64,000 nucleotides of DNA from positions 1 to 64,000 of the IMG/VR virus record IMGVR_UViG_3300035204_002571. One strand, 5' to 3'. The translations under genes and the position numbers were made by a program. Source of the stretch: a virus. Each line of letters opens with the position of its first letter. Positions within the stretch are counted from its first letter, which is position 1. Shown here one piece after another: positions 20,136 to 30,800 of the stretch. The notes beneath the pieces are model-generated. The model made no database searches. It was given only the letters and a program-made list of their open reading frames with translations, and was not told the DNA's origin.

Positions 20136-23100
20136 ATGAGTTCTTCTTCAGATTTAAATATTCATAAACAAATGTCTGCAACATTTCAAAGGGTTAGACG
20201 AAATATTGTAGAAGGAAGAGATCCATTCCACGTTTCTTTAGTTGGAACTGGAGCGTCTGTATTTTTGGATCAAAATCATGCAAACTCTATAACTCCAGAT
20301 ACCAGAAACATTGTAGCCATGTCTCCCGAAGCTACTATTCTGGTTAAGAAGAAGGTCTTTTCTTCGTTAAGAAGCGCAAATGACTTAAGATATATAGATA
20401 AGACTGAAAAAATGCTACTATGGGCAACAAAGGCATTGTTTGCATACAAAGTTCAGCAGATAAGGGCTTATGAGAGCCTTACAAAATTCGAAAATTTTTA
20501 TGCTGAAAATCAAATGTATAGCATGAATCTTCTGTCATCGTTTATAAAAGAAGGATCTCTTTTAAATATAGATAAATTGGCATACACTGCTAGTGAATAT
20601 GCTCAGAAGAAGCTAGAAGAGTGGCTTGATGAAACCATAGATAAATGGGTGGATGATGATTACGGAACACCATTTACATATGATATTTCTACAGGATCAT
20701 TTATTGGCAAAGATGAGCCCGTCATACCAACCTCGCCAAGCATTCTAGATCCCGACTCTCTTAGGAGAAATATGCCCAGCTTAAGAGCTACGGTTACCAA
20801 CAGAGAGTATATTCAAACATTATCATCTTCTCAGGCTAATGCTATTTTGGAAAACAAGAAGAATGAATTTAAAGTAGAGTACGAAGGGGTTGATGGAAAT
20901 GCAGCTCTTTTGGGAGAAGCGGAAGAAAACTTATCTATAGAGCTAGATACCTTTCTTAGTGATGTTGCAGATATCGTGGGAATTGGAGCTTCTGCCGAAA
21001 CTTATGAGGCTATGAACGATGATATAGAGGCCACTCTTAGAAGAAATGCATTTTCTGTGGATAATCAGTTGACAACATGGGTTGTTGACCCAGAGAGTGA
21101 GGAGAATTATATAATAGGACCAGGAACTGGGGTTATTGAGGTTGCAATATTCAACAACTTTAATACAACCACCAATTATAATTCGTCGCCATCTTCTGCA
21201 AGCTTCTCTATGACATATCCCTACAGAATTGGAACAGTCTTGGAGGACGATATAGAGCTTGCTATAGAAGAGGCGCTTTACGGGACTGTAGGCGTGCTTA
21301 GCAGCTTGATAGATGGAGAATTTAGGTCAGAGGGCATGGGCTCAATCGCTGGGCCACAGGATAGCACGGCGCCTCCGCTAGACGCATCCTCGGTGTTGTC
21401 TGCAGCTCTTGAGTTGGGCGGAATAGGGTCTATGGATTCGTCTTTAGATACAGATTATATCAGAGATAGGCTTAGAACCTTTTATCTTGGAAAGCCGTTT
21501 ATAAACCCTCCAGACCCTGTGCATTTTTATATACGTGGAAATAGAACTTTTACTGATTACACGTCATCTGGTTCTTCTTATCCAGAAGAAACTAGTGACG
21601 CGCCTTTTGATACAGGGTTCTTAGAGATTGATGACGTAATTTTAAAAGCAGAGTATCAGCTTTATACGACTCAATCTATAAGTTATGAGCAATACAAGGA
21701 GATGAGAAGGTTTCAAGACACTTCTTTTGGAATGATTCATGTATTCGGAGGCTTGGTTCAAAATACATCCGAGACATTTAATGGTGGATTTTGGAATTTA
21801 AATGTTTCATGCATTGATAATATGGAATGGTTAAGGTGGAGCAGGTTTTCTATTAAGCCATCTTTATCTGATCCTAAGAATATACTGGAAGACCCCTTGA
21901 CTCCGTTTGAGTTAGTTAAGGATGAGCTTGGACAGGTTGTTGCTTCGGAGAAGGATTTATTATATGAAAATAAATTATTGCTAGACACCGGTCTTTTAAG
22001 TTTTGATTCTGGACTTTTCGCTGGACAAAATGCTACAGAGGGTAATTTGCTCCAGGGACAATACAATGGGGCAGGCTCTTCAGATGGTAAGAAAATTCTT
22101 CAGCATCCTAATGGGTTTGTTTATAGATGGAAGACTGGAGTGATAACAGCGACTGGAGGGTTCCAGGTCGTTGATGCTACAGGGGAAAATCAAGCTGCTA
22201 CAACACAATTTTCTCAAAGATATTCTGTTACAGCAGCAAATGATGTATTAAACAACTTGGATATTCCAAATATCTTAAGCATCTTAATCGTTGGGCAGCC
22301 ATATAACATAGAGACTTTTATAGAGCAATCTTTTGCGGCACATAATAAAAAAGATACTTCTGTAAATATGTCTCCAGACGATCCATTAACCGGAGTTGTA
22401 GAGGCAGTTAGAAAGCAGAATGAGTATTATGGAAACTTCCATCCATATAGGATGTTAAGTGTAAGTTCATCATCTGCAGAACAGATGATGAGCCAAGCGG
22501 GAGTACGCGAAACTGCAAATAATAATGTAAAAAATCTGCAAAAAAGAAAAGTTAAGATTAGAAAAAAAATAAGAGATTTAAAGAAGAGCATAAAAGTAGG
22601 CGCTAATACAGGAATTCCTGCCTCAGCCCTTGTATCAACATTAGAGGCTGAGATAGCAACTATTGACGCCGCCATATATCAGCAGGTAAAGACTGGCATG
22701 CAAGCAGATGGCGCTTTAACGGCGGCTGATGAGGTTGGCATTCAAATAAGTCTATCCGGATTAGCTCAGATGGGAGAGAGTCTAGTTTCTGGCGATGAGG
22801 ATGAGAATCATGATATAACAAGAGGAATGATGCTTGTTGGCGCTCAAAGAAGAATAGAGGACGTTAGGCTTAATAGGGATAGAAATTTATTTATAGTGTC
22901 GGATCAATATGACATGGCAGACATTAGACCCTTCATTCTTAGTTTAAACGAATCTGGGTGGAACTTGTTCAACAGTGAGTATGTTGACGTTTTTGACAGG
23001 TGCAAGGCTGCTACAGGTCATTTGAAATTAGAATTTTTCTGCAATACACAAGGGCACTTGGAATTTAGACCTCCTCTTTGGAACAGAACTCCTATATCAG

Positions 23101-25379
23101 TTTTGAAAGAATCTATAAGACTACAGGAAGAGTCCAATGTGACTATTATGCCTTCCTTTATAACGGATTTGTTTCAAACAAGGATAGAGGGATTATATTT
23201 AGAAATACACACTTTAAATGTTAAGATTGTATTGCTATCATTAATGTTAGGAAAGTATCCTGACCTATACTTAATACCAAACATGAAGCTTTCAGGCCCA
23301 GCTTCATTGGAATTTTTCGGAGTAAAGGCTCCTGCGGCTGGAGATAGCGCCGGTAGCGGCTTCCTGGGGGGACTAGGGTCATTTTTAACGGGTGGGGGAT
23401 CTTCTCAGAGTGGCGCATTGCAACTAGATATGATGGAGTATGAGAATTCTACAGGAGATTTGGTTGAGCAAAACAATTCATTATTTGGAGAGGGATTAAG
23501 GATCACGGCATCCTTTCAAGACAAGGGTGATATATTAGGTGGAGACACCGAATCTTTGCTTGGAACATTTGATCCAATTTTTCAAGAAGATGTTGGAGCA
23601 TTCAATGATGTGCTTAATGTGGCTGAATCATCAGGATCAAGATCAAATGTTCGGCCGCCTGCGCAGCATTTGGCTAATGCAGAGAACTTGAATTATATAA
23701 GAAACACCTTTAAGAAACAGTTCGGACGAGATCCGGGCAGTGGCCTCGGGCTTGATGCAGCAAGCGGGTTTGTCGATAAAAGCGGCGGATCTGATAAGTC
23801 TAGTTTTATATTTGAAATGGGCGAAGATGATATAGATAATGCTCTTATGAGTAGCAATGGTCTTTTTGCAAAACTTAAAAAAGCTATTTCAAAAAGAGAT
23901 AGCTATGTATCTATGCTTCAGGCTAATTTGGCAAAACAAGAGGAGTTAGAAGAGATTGAGGCCTTTTTAGGAACAGGAACGGAGACAGATGATATAAGCG
24001 TTTCAGATGGTGGTCAGTACGGAATCCCTACGGGAGAGGGAACCGCTGTAGACTTTTTAGAAAAGTTAGCAACAAGCATTGAGAATACTGTAGAGATTAT
24101 AACGGGGAAAGTTGCGGAGGGTACAGTTTATGACCACTTGCTTGAAGATGACTCTAGAAACCTTTTGGGATATGGGTCTGGGAAAAGATATATATTAAAA
24201 GATGAGTATATCATGAACGCTACATTTACAGAGACTCCTCCTGATTTTACAAGAGTAGATATCAAGGGCGATGCACCACTGGGTATGGGCCAAGGCCTTA
24301 ATGCCGGTGTCGATGGCCTGTATTTTTGGGCAGGAGCAACAGACTTTGACCTATGGAGGCAATATGGATACAAATCTGGTGGAGAGATAAAGCTTCCTTT
24401 TGTAAGCGATGTAGAGGGTCAGGCTAGGCCATATGCTATTTTGGAATTAATTTTACAAAAATTAAATATAAACAGAGCAGATATGACGGTTGTAGGTAAT
24501 GAATTTTACCAACCAGGAGACACAATTTATGTGCCATCTAAAGGGCTGCTGTATTATGTTCAATCTGTCTCTCACAACTTTTCATATGGAAGCAGCTTTA
24601 CAACAAAGCTTTCTTTGATATATGGCCATCCACCAGGTCAGTATGTTCCAAGTCCTTTGGATATTATTGGACAGAATCTTGTATCAAATTTCCTTGAAGA
24701 TCCAGCTTTGATATATAGAACCCAAGGAAGCGATGATAACTATAGAGTATTAAAGCCAGATTCAACGCTTGTTTTCTCGGGAAATATAAGCATGGAAGGC
24801 TTGTTAAGCAGTAAGGATAACCAAAGAAGATTTACAAATATGATGATAGATATGACAGGATCTTTGTCTGGATCAAAATATGTTTTAATAAGAGGCTTTG
24901 CCAAAGATGAAAATGATACAGATGGAATTAGGAAGGCAAATGAGAAGCTGGCAGTAGTAAGGGCTTTGCTTGAAAATCCGGCTCAAATCTCTCAAAATAA
25001 TGAACTTAAAAGTATGCGTTTGCCAAATAATATGCCTGTAATATCAGTAAACTCTACAAAGATTATAGAGCAGGTCTCTTACTTAGAGAGAAGTGATGAT
25101 ACAAATCCTATAGGTGAAATAAAATGTATGGACAGAAAGCTTTCTTCTATTTTTAAGTCATCAGTAGATCAGTCCTATACTAATTCTGAAGGAGGAACTG
25201 TGCTAAAGAAAGGTACTGACTTAGGAGTTTTCCCCAAAGGCGGGCCTCTTCAGTCTAGCTGGCTTGATATACGAGAAGATCTTATGAGTGATAAGAGGGG
25301 CGAAATAAAAATTGTCGAAGTTGGAGTTGTAAATATACCAAACAGCCTATTAGATACAACCCTAGAGACTGCCGAGTAG
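20136..25379 (+). CDS. Baseplate hub protein (T4 gp27/P2 gpD-like) with large insertions (1747 aa)
   Basis: 'HVFGGLVQN...LNVSCIDNMEWL', 'LEFFCNTQGHLEFRPP', 'ADMTVVGNEFYQPGDTIYV...YYVQSVSHNFSYGSSFTTKLSL'. Confidence 0.8.
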   Translation: MSSSSDLNIHKQMSATFQRVRRNIVEGRDPFHVSLVGTGASVFLDQNHANSITPDTRNIVAMSPEATILVKKKVFSSLRSANDLRYIDKTEKMLLWATKALFAYKVQQIRAYESLTKFENFYAENQMYSMNLLSSFIKEGSLLNIDKLAYTASEYAQKKLEEWLDETIDKWVDDDYGTPFTYDISTGSFIGKDEPVIPTSPSILDPDSLRRNMPSLRATVTNREYIQTLSSSQANAILENKKNEFKVEYEGVDGNAALLGEAEENLSIELDTFLSDVADIVGIGASAETYEAMNDDIEATLRRNAFSVDNQLTTWVVDPESEENYIIGPGTGVIEVAIFNNFNTTTNYNSSPSSASFSMTYPYRIGTVLEDDIELAIEEALYGTVGVLSSLIDGEFRSEGMGSIAGPQDSTAPPLDASSVLSAALELGGIGSMDSSLDTDYIRDRLRTFYLGKPFINPPDPVHFYIRGNRTFTDYTSSGSSYPEETSDAPFDTGFLEIDDVILKAEYQLYTTQSISYEQYKEMRRFQDTSFGMIHVFGGLVQNTSETFNGGFWNLNVSCIDNMEWLRWSRFSIKPSLSDPKNILEDPLTPFELVKDELGQVVASEKDLLYENKLLLDTGLLSFDSGLFAGQNATEGNLLQGQYNGAGSSDGKKILQHPNGFVYRWKTGVITATGGFQVVDATGENQAATTQFSQRYSVTAANDVLNNLDIPNILSILIVGQPYNIETFIEQSFAAHNKKDTSVNMSPDDPLTGVVEAVRKQNEYYGNFHPYRMLSVSSSSAEQMMSQAGVRETANNNVKNLQKRKVKIRKKIRDLKKSIKVGANTGIPASALVSTLEAEIATIDAAIYQQVKTGMQADGALTAADEVGIQISLSGLAQMGESLVSGDEDENHDITRGMMLVGAQRRIEDVRLNRDRNLFIVSDQYDMADIRPFILSLNESGWNLFNSEYVDVFDRCKAATGHLKLEFFCNTQGHLEFRPPLWNRTPISVLKESIRLQEESNVTIMPSFITDLFQTRIEGLYLEIHTLNVKIVLLSLMLGKYPDLYLIPNMKLSGPASLEFFGVKAPAAGDSAGSGFLGGLGSFLTGGGSSQSGALQLDMMEYENSTGDLVEQNNSLFGEGLRITASFQDKGDILGGDTESLLGTFDPIFQEDVGAFNDVLNVAESSGSRSNVRPPAQHLANAENLNYIRNTFKKQFGRDPGSGLGLDAASGFVDKSGGSDKSSFIFEMGEDDIDNALMSSNGLFAKLKKAISKRDSYVSMLQANLAKQEELEEIEAFLGTGTETDDISVSDGGQYGIPTGEGTAVDFLEKLATSIENTVEIITGKVAEGTVYDHLLEDDSRNLLGYGSGKRYILKDEYIMNATFTETPPDFTRVDIKGDAPLGMGQGLNAGVDGLYFWAGATDFDLWRQYGYKSGGEIKLPFVSDVEGQARPYAILELILQKLNINRADMTVVGNEFYQPGDTIYVPSKGLLYYVQSVSHNFSYGSSFTTKLSLIYGHPPGQYVPSPLDIIGQNLVSNFLEDPALIYRTQGSDDNYRVLKPDSTLVFSGNISMEGLLSSKDNQRRFTNMMIDMTGSLSGSKYVLIRGFAKDENDTDGIRKANEKLAVVRALLENPAQISQNNELKSMRLPNNMPVISVNSTKIIEQVSYLERSDDTNPIGEIKCMDRKLSSIFKSSVDQSYTNSEGGTVLKKGTDLGVFPKGGPLQSSWLDIREDLMSDKRGEIKIVEVGVVNIPNSLLDTTLETAE

Positions 25380-25386
25380 AGGATAC

Positions 25387-27783
25387 ATGGCTACAGCAAC
25401 AAATCAAATACTGACCTTAGCAATCTATGAAGGCGATGTTGTAGATGTTAAGAGTGACGGAACAATGCTTTGCACAAGCTCTATTCAGGGGATGGATTCA
25501 CCCATAGAGGTGCCCGGTCTATATGGTGGATGCAGTGATGCAGGAATGTATTCTGGGCAGGGAGGCTCAGGTGTTCAGCCGGGAGACAAGGTGTTGTTAT
25601 GCAGGGTGCATCCCGGAAGTATGGGGGTAACACAGGCTCTTAGAGTTATTCCTGGGAAAAATAGAACAAAAAATACGAAAGAAGTTAGCCCTGGTCCCGG
25701 CCAGCCATCCGGAAGAACCAACTATCCAGTAAGAACATTAAAAGATGGAGACATTATGATCTCCGGCTCTGGCGGAGGCTTTCTTTCGCTGAGTGGAAAC
25801 ATCATAAAAAATGAAGTTTTTGTAGGGAATGTTTTAAAGAGCGGACTGTATGTGGGATGCTCTGGCAAAAAGACGGGTCTAGCAACAGTATCTCACACTA
25901 TTCAGAGTGCTAGCTCTGGGCACAGGCTTTACTGCGGAGATGTAAACAGGGTAGCTGGCGGTTCGAATGGTCCCGCAAGTACATCTGGTTCGGGGCATGA
26001 GATAGGGGCTGTATCGACAGAGACGGTCGGCAGGACAAAAGGTCTTTTGTCTGATTCGGACGCCGCAGAGACATCTTTTCTTGGAGGAGTAAGAAACCCT
26101 GCTATATCACAATATAGATTGGTTATAAATGAAGTTTCTGAACATAGTAAGTTTAAGGGTTGGGATTTAGAGGCCGTATTAAGGTCAAAGCCAGGGATTG
26201 GATCGTTTTCTGGATCGAAAGAAAATAGGGCTCTTGGGGCTGACAATGTACTGCATCTGCAGCCACATCAGTTGATTGAAATAATAGGTGGAAATGTTGT
26301 AAATAATAGCGGCGATATGTTAGATCCAAATTATGGAGTGCTGGATACTGGAGTTTCAGAAGAGTCTGAGGTTAGCTATGAGGAAGCTAGGCTCAATAGT
26401 AGGCGAGGAATTGGTTATCATTTTCAGATGTCTACAAACTCTTTGTCAACAGAAACATCAAATGATGTAAATAATTTTGTTTACGCCATTGACAAAGAAG
26501 GATCTTTGAAAGTTAGCGTTCCAAGGTCTTCTAAGACTGGAAATATTCTATATCCAACTAGTGCCAACTTTTATGATGAGGGCGGCACAGTAAGTTCTGG
26601 GCCAGATAGTCAAGGGATAAATCCTGAAGAGAAAATACCTGTTTTATTAAGAACAAAGGGCAATGAGGCTGCTTTACCCCCGTCAACTGTAGTGACAACA
26701 TCTCCAAGTCAAAGGGCTGTTACAGATACTGCTAGAAAAACTGGAATTAGATTTAAAAATGATAACAATTATTTTCAGGGAGTTAGAGAGGTTATTGGTG
26801 GAGACGGCAAGAATGTTAGAATAAATCCAACGAAATATCATAATATGTATGCTGCGGCTGAAATGTTAATTGCAAATATGGCAGACGGCATCATGGTTCC
26901 AACGGATACATCTGAATGCCCAGGCATAGAGATGGGCAACTCTATAGGCGAACCTTTCGAAAGATATTCAGTAAGCAATGATGGTGATGGAACAGATTCA
27001 AATACCGAGACAAAATTCATGACAGTTATAAAGGTTGCACCAGGTCAGCCTGCCATAGACACTGGAGGCGGAGTAATAGTTGCAGGGACAGATGGGTCTG
27101 CAAGCACAGTGCAAGGAGATGATGATGCTAGAATCAATGTTCCTTATGCAAATGCTTTTACGGTAGGATCAGAGGGCGGAACCGACCTGGAGGAGGGTGC
27201 GAAAAGTCCAGGAGGTAAAAGTGCCAATATAAACTTTGAAGGCTCCATAGAAATGTCGGTAGGAAAAGACGATAACGATCAGAAAAGTATACTTCTAGAT
27301 ACCGCCGGAGCCTTGGTGGCATGGTTTGGAAAAGATAAGAATGATAGAAGCTTAATAGTTCAAACAGATGGAGGGGTTCTTTTGAATGTGGGAGGAGTAA
27401 ATGGAGATGTTTTTAACAAAGGAAGGCTCGATCTAAGGGTTAACGTGACTAACAAGGGGTGGCTTGGAGATGACGACTTTACGCCTCAAGGCGGACCACA
27501 TGCTTCGGATTATTTGATATCAATAAGTGAAAATGGATTGGTAATAGCAGGCATGAAGCCAGACACTCCAATGATAATAAGAAATGATGGAAATTTATCT
27601 ATTGAAAGTACGGCCAAGTTAATTCTAGCAGGACAATCGGTAGAGATGAGAGAGGGGAATCGACCTCCAAGCAAAACGCATAAAGCTCCGGTCTCTCAAG
27701 ATCAAGAGACTCCAACTGCAGAGTCAGTGGCAGATGACGTTGGGTGTCTTATAACGCTTCTTAGTGAAATAACTGGTGATTAA
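25387..27783 (+). CDS. Central spike protein (gp5/gpV-like; OB-fold plus beta-strand repeats, 798 aa)
   Basis: N-terminal OB-like 'EGDVVDV...QPGDKVLL'; C-terminal short beta repeats (SILLDTAG, SLIVQTDG, LISISENG, IIRNDGNLSIES); follows the hub. Confidence 0.65.
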   Translation: MATATNQILTLAIYEGDVVDVKSDGTMLCTSSIQGMDSPIEVPGLYGGCSDAGMYSGQGGSGVQPGDKVLLCRVHPGSMGVTQALRVIPGKNRTKNTKEVSPGPGQPSGRTNYPVRTLKDGDIMISGSGGGFLSLSGNIIKNEVFVGNVLKSGLYVGCSGKKTGLATVSHTIQSASSGHRLYCGDVNRVAGGSNGPASTSGSGHEIGAVSTETVGRTKGLLSDSDAAETSFLGGVRNPAISQYRLVINEVSEHSKFKGWDLEAVLRSKPGIGSFSGSKENRALGADNVLHLQPHQLIEIIGGNVVNNSGDMLDPNYGVLDTGVSEESEVSYEEARLNSRRGIGYHFQMSTNSLSTETSNDVNNFVYAIDKEGSLKVSVPRSSKTGNILYPTSANFYDEGGTVSSGPDSQGINPEEKIPVLLRTKGNEAALPPSTVVTTSPSQRAVTDTARKTGIRFKNDNNYFQGVREVIGGDGKNVRINPTKYHNMYAAAEMLIANMADGIMVPTDTSECPGIEMGNSIGEPFERYSVSNDGDGTDSNTETKFMTVIKVAPGQPAIDTGGGVIVAGTDGSASTVQGDDDARINVPYANAFTVGSEGGTDLEEGAKSPGGKSANINFEGSIEMSVGKDDNDQKSILLDTAGALVAWFGKDKNDRSLIVQTDGGVLLNVGGVNGDVFNKGRLDLRVNVTNKGWLGDDDFTPQGGPHASDYLISISENGLVIAGMKPDTPMIIRNDGNLSIESTAKLILAGQSVEMREGNRPPSKTHKAPVSQDQETPTAESVADDVGCLITLLSEITGD

Positions 27784-27858
27784 CAAAGCCAGCAAGTATA
27801 AGTGGAAGCATTGTGATTAATAATCAACTAATTTATTCATAATTTATATAGATAAATT

Positions 27859-27866
27859 AGTACAAT
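27859..27866 (+). promoter_or_regulatory. AGTACAAT motif upstream of the 2664-aa gene
   Basis: In the AT-rich intergenic gap 27784-27891, 33 nt before ATG. Confidence 0.4.
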
Positions 27867-27891
27867 ACTAGTTAGTTTAGAGAGAAGTTTA

Positions 27892-30800
27892 ATGGCAAGT
27901 AGTTCAGATTATACAGGCATATTGCCGCCTATTGTTGGCAGCATAGTCACCGAAGAAGAATACTCTACTATATATGTAAATTGTAATCCCGAGGCTCAGG
28001 GGTCAAGCACTGCTACGTCTGGAAGAAGCACTCTTGAAAGTCCAGAGTTAGGCGTTATATTTCCTGATAAAGCCAAGACTGATACGGTAGTCCCTCTTAT
28101 AGGCGGCTCCATCGTTACCTTGAAGCTTAATAATGCAGAATTTAACACCTCTAGAGGTAAAAGCGATAATAATGATAAAAATCTAACGAAATATAGAACT
28201 AGAAATTTAAACAAAAAAATAAAAAAAATTCCAGGCATAAGTGCTGCCTCTACAGGGGAGGGCTCAGAGTCTACAGAGGAGAGTACAGCGGCTGAATTTG
28301 TTGAAATTTCCAATCTTGTAGATGCAAGGCTAGAGATAAACAAGGCCTTGTCATCAATGCCTTCTCTCTCTCAGCAGTGGTATAATGCCGGAATCCCAAG
28401 TCTTGTCCTTTCTAGGTTTAAGTCTACAACAATTGATAATGCAGCAGATTTACAAAAAGAGATAGATAAAAAGGCAAAAGACAAGATAAGACTCTCTGGC
28501 TTAAGACCTATCGGAACACTGAAATTTATACCTATAGAAGTTTTGAAAACAATATTGGATATTTTGGCCAATACGGAAAAGGAAGACTTTGGGTTGGCCA
28601 ACTATATTGGTATATCTGGAATAACATTTGCAGAGTTGGCAAAGTATTTAGATGGCTATAAAGAGGACGGCAGAACGTATAGCGGTCTTGGCACAGGGTC
28701 GGACCAGGAAGATAAGTTAATACAGATTTTATTGGAAATATTTCCAATTTTTCACATAGACGAAGACTACATTGATGGAGAAGATGTAAAGGCTGACATA
28801 GGGTATTTTACAGCACATGATGATACGCTTTATGTAAAGATGCCAGACCTGTCTGGCAGGGATAGCTCAGGTTACTCTTCAAACCTATATGGCATCGAAG
28901 AGGATGATGCTGATGAGCATATAACCTTTTGTTTTGAAATGGCAAAGTTTACAGAGTATTCTGCAGTAGCCTTTGATCACGTAGCTCCACCGGTTCTTAC
29001 CTTATCAAGTGGAGACGAAGAATACCCGACCGATGAAAGTGATATCGCCATAACAGTAGAGAAAGAAGGATTGGATCCAGAATCTGGGATTAGTTATTAC
29101 TTGTCTCCTATTGTAGATACTAAAGCTTCGACAAAGGTCAGAGGTTTCAAGGAGTCTTCTGATGCAGTTGAAATGTTTACAGCTCCTGTTCTTACGAAGC
29201 CTTATCTAAAGGATACTAAGCCGATAATTTCTGTCGAAGATGCTTCTTCTGAGTTTGTAGAGATATATGAAAAATTACTAAAACATCTTCAGGATGACGT
29301 TAGTGTGTTCAATCCAGATGATATGGAGAGAAACTCTCTCATATATAATGATGAAAGACTTGTTTTGAGCCCAGAAGCTAATCATTTTGTTTTTGAAGAT
29401 TTAGGATTGCCATTAACCGTGTCTCTGTCAGACGTAGGAATAAGTAATTTATCAGAATTATTAGGAGAGTTAAATCGCCCTGAGATTTTGCTAGGAATGC
29501 GAGGATCAGAGTCTTCGAATGATAAAAGTGATGAAAAGTTTTTTAAGCCAAAAACAGCTTCTGCAAGAGATATTATGGCATCAAATAGGCCGAATATTAT
29601 CCTGGATATTGACGAACAGATTCCTTCTAATTGGATAAAGTTATCTTCTCCAAAGTCTGCAGAAGAAGATGATGAATGGGAATTGGAGATTCCTTATAAA
29701 TCAAAGGCAACGAATGAAGGGACTACGGATGCCGGGTTGGATATTTATAATGATGCGGCCACAGTTGAGTTCGTTCTTTATGCTGTAGATGAATATGGAC
29801 AGATAGTTAGAGCTCCAGGGCAAAATGTAAAAATAAGACCAAAATCATCCATGGTGACGATACTTGACCCCAATGGGTTTGGAAGAAATAATGCCATTAA
29901 CCTATCAGACCCATTGGGGTCAGCCTCTGTTACTGGAGAGGGGCTAGAAGGAATTACAGTTGCAACCTTTTCCTCTGATGAGTTAGGAGAGAATATAGTT
30001 GCAACCCTAGAGGACGGTGTAGATGGGGTTACTATAAAGAGTACTTCAGATAGTTCTGTAAAAATAAAATCAGATGAAACAGTTGCATCCATTGTTGGTG
30101 CTGCGGTTGGCACGTTTTTTATGAGACTTGTATCCTCAAACGGAATATCTTCAAACCCGAAGGCTATTTATGTTTCAGAAGATGGAACCCGTGACGGCCC
30201 GGATGAAGAGGCTGCAAAAATAACTTTTGATGATCCGTTTGGCTTTTCTGTTAAAAAGTTTGGAAAGGCCGTTCACTCTATACCTATAATAATGGATGGC
30301 ACAAATAGTGCAAGTATAACTTTAGAGTATAAGAAAAAAATCTTTACAAGCGATAGCGCTACTCTTTATGCATATATAGCCGTAAGTGATAATGATAATA
30401 ATTTAGCCATCTTAAAAGAGGACGTTGGATGGACCGAGGAAGACGGAGAAGAAAAGGCTCCAATTAAAAAGATATCTATAGAAACAGAGAAATCAACAAG
30501 CAATTTTTATATCCCAACAGCTTTGGAATATGAATTTGGATCATCTGATTTTGAAAGAAAGAATAAACGAAAAGCCGTATTAAAGTTTCTTGGGAGCACC
30601 GGACAGTTTCTTAATCTTAGCAGATTCACTGAGCTTGAGGCTCCGGCCAGTGGTTCGGCATCCAACGAGTATCCTGCCTATATTCTGTTAACAAATAATA
30701 AGTTGAGCGACACATCTGTTAGCACATTAGATACCAAAGGTAATGAGTATGCCGTTATCCCTATAGGGTCCTCTTCGGATGATGATAAATCTTATTCTCC

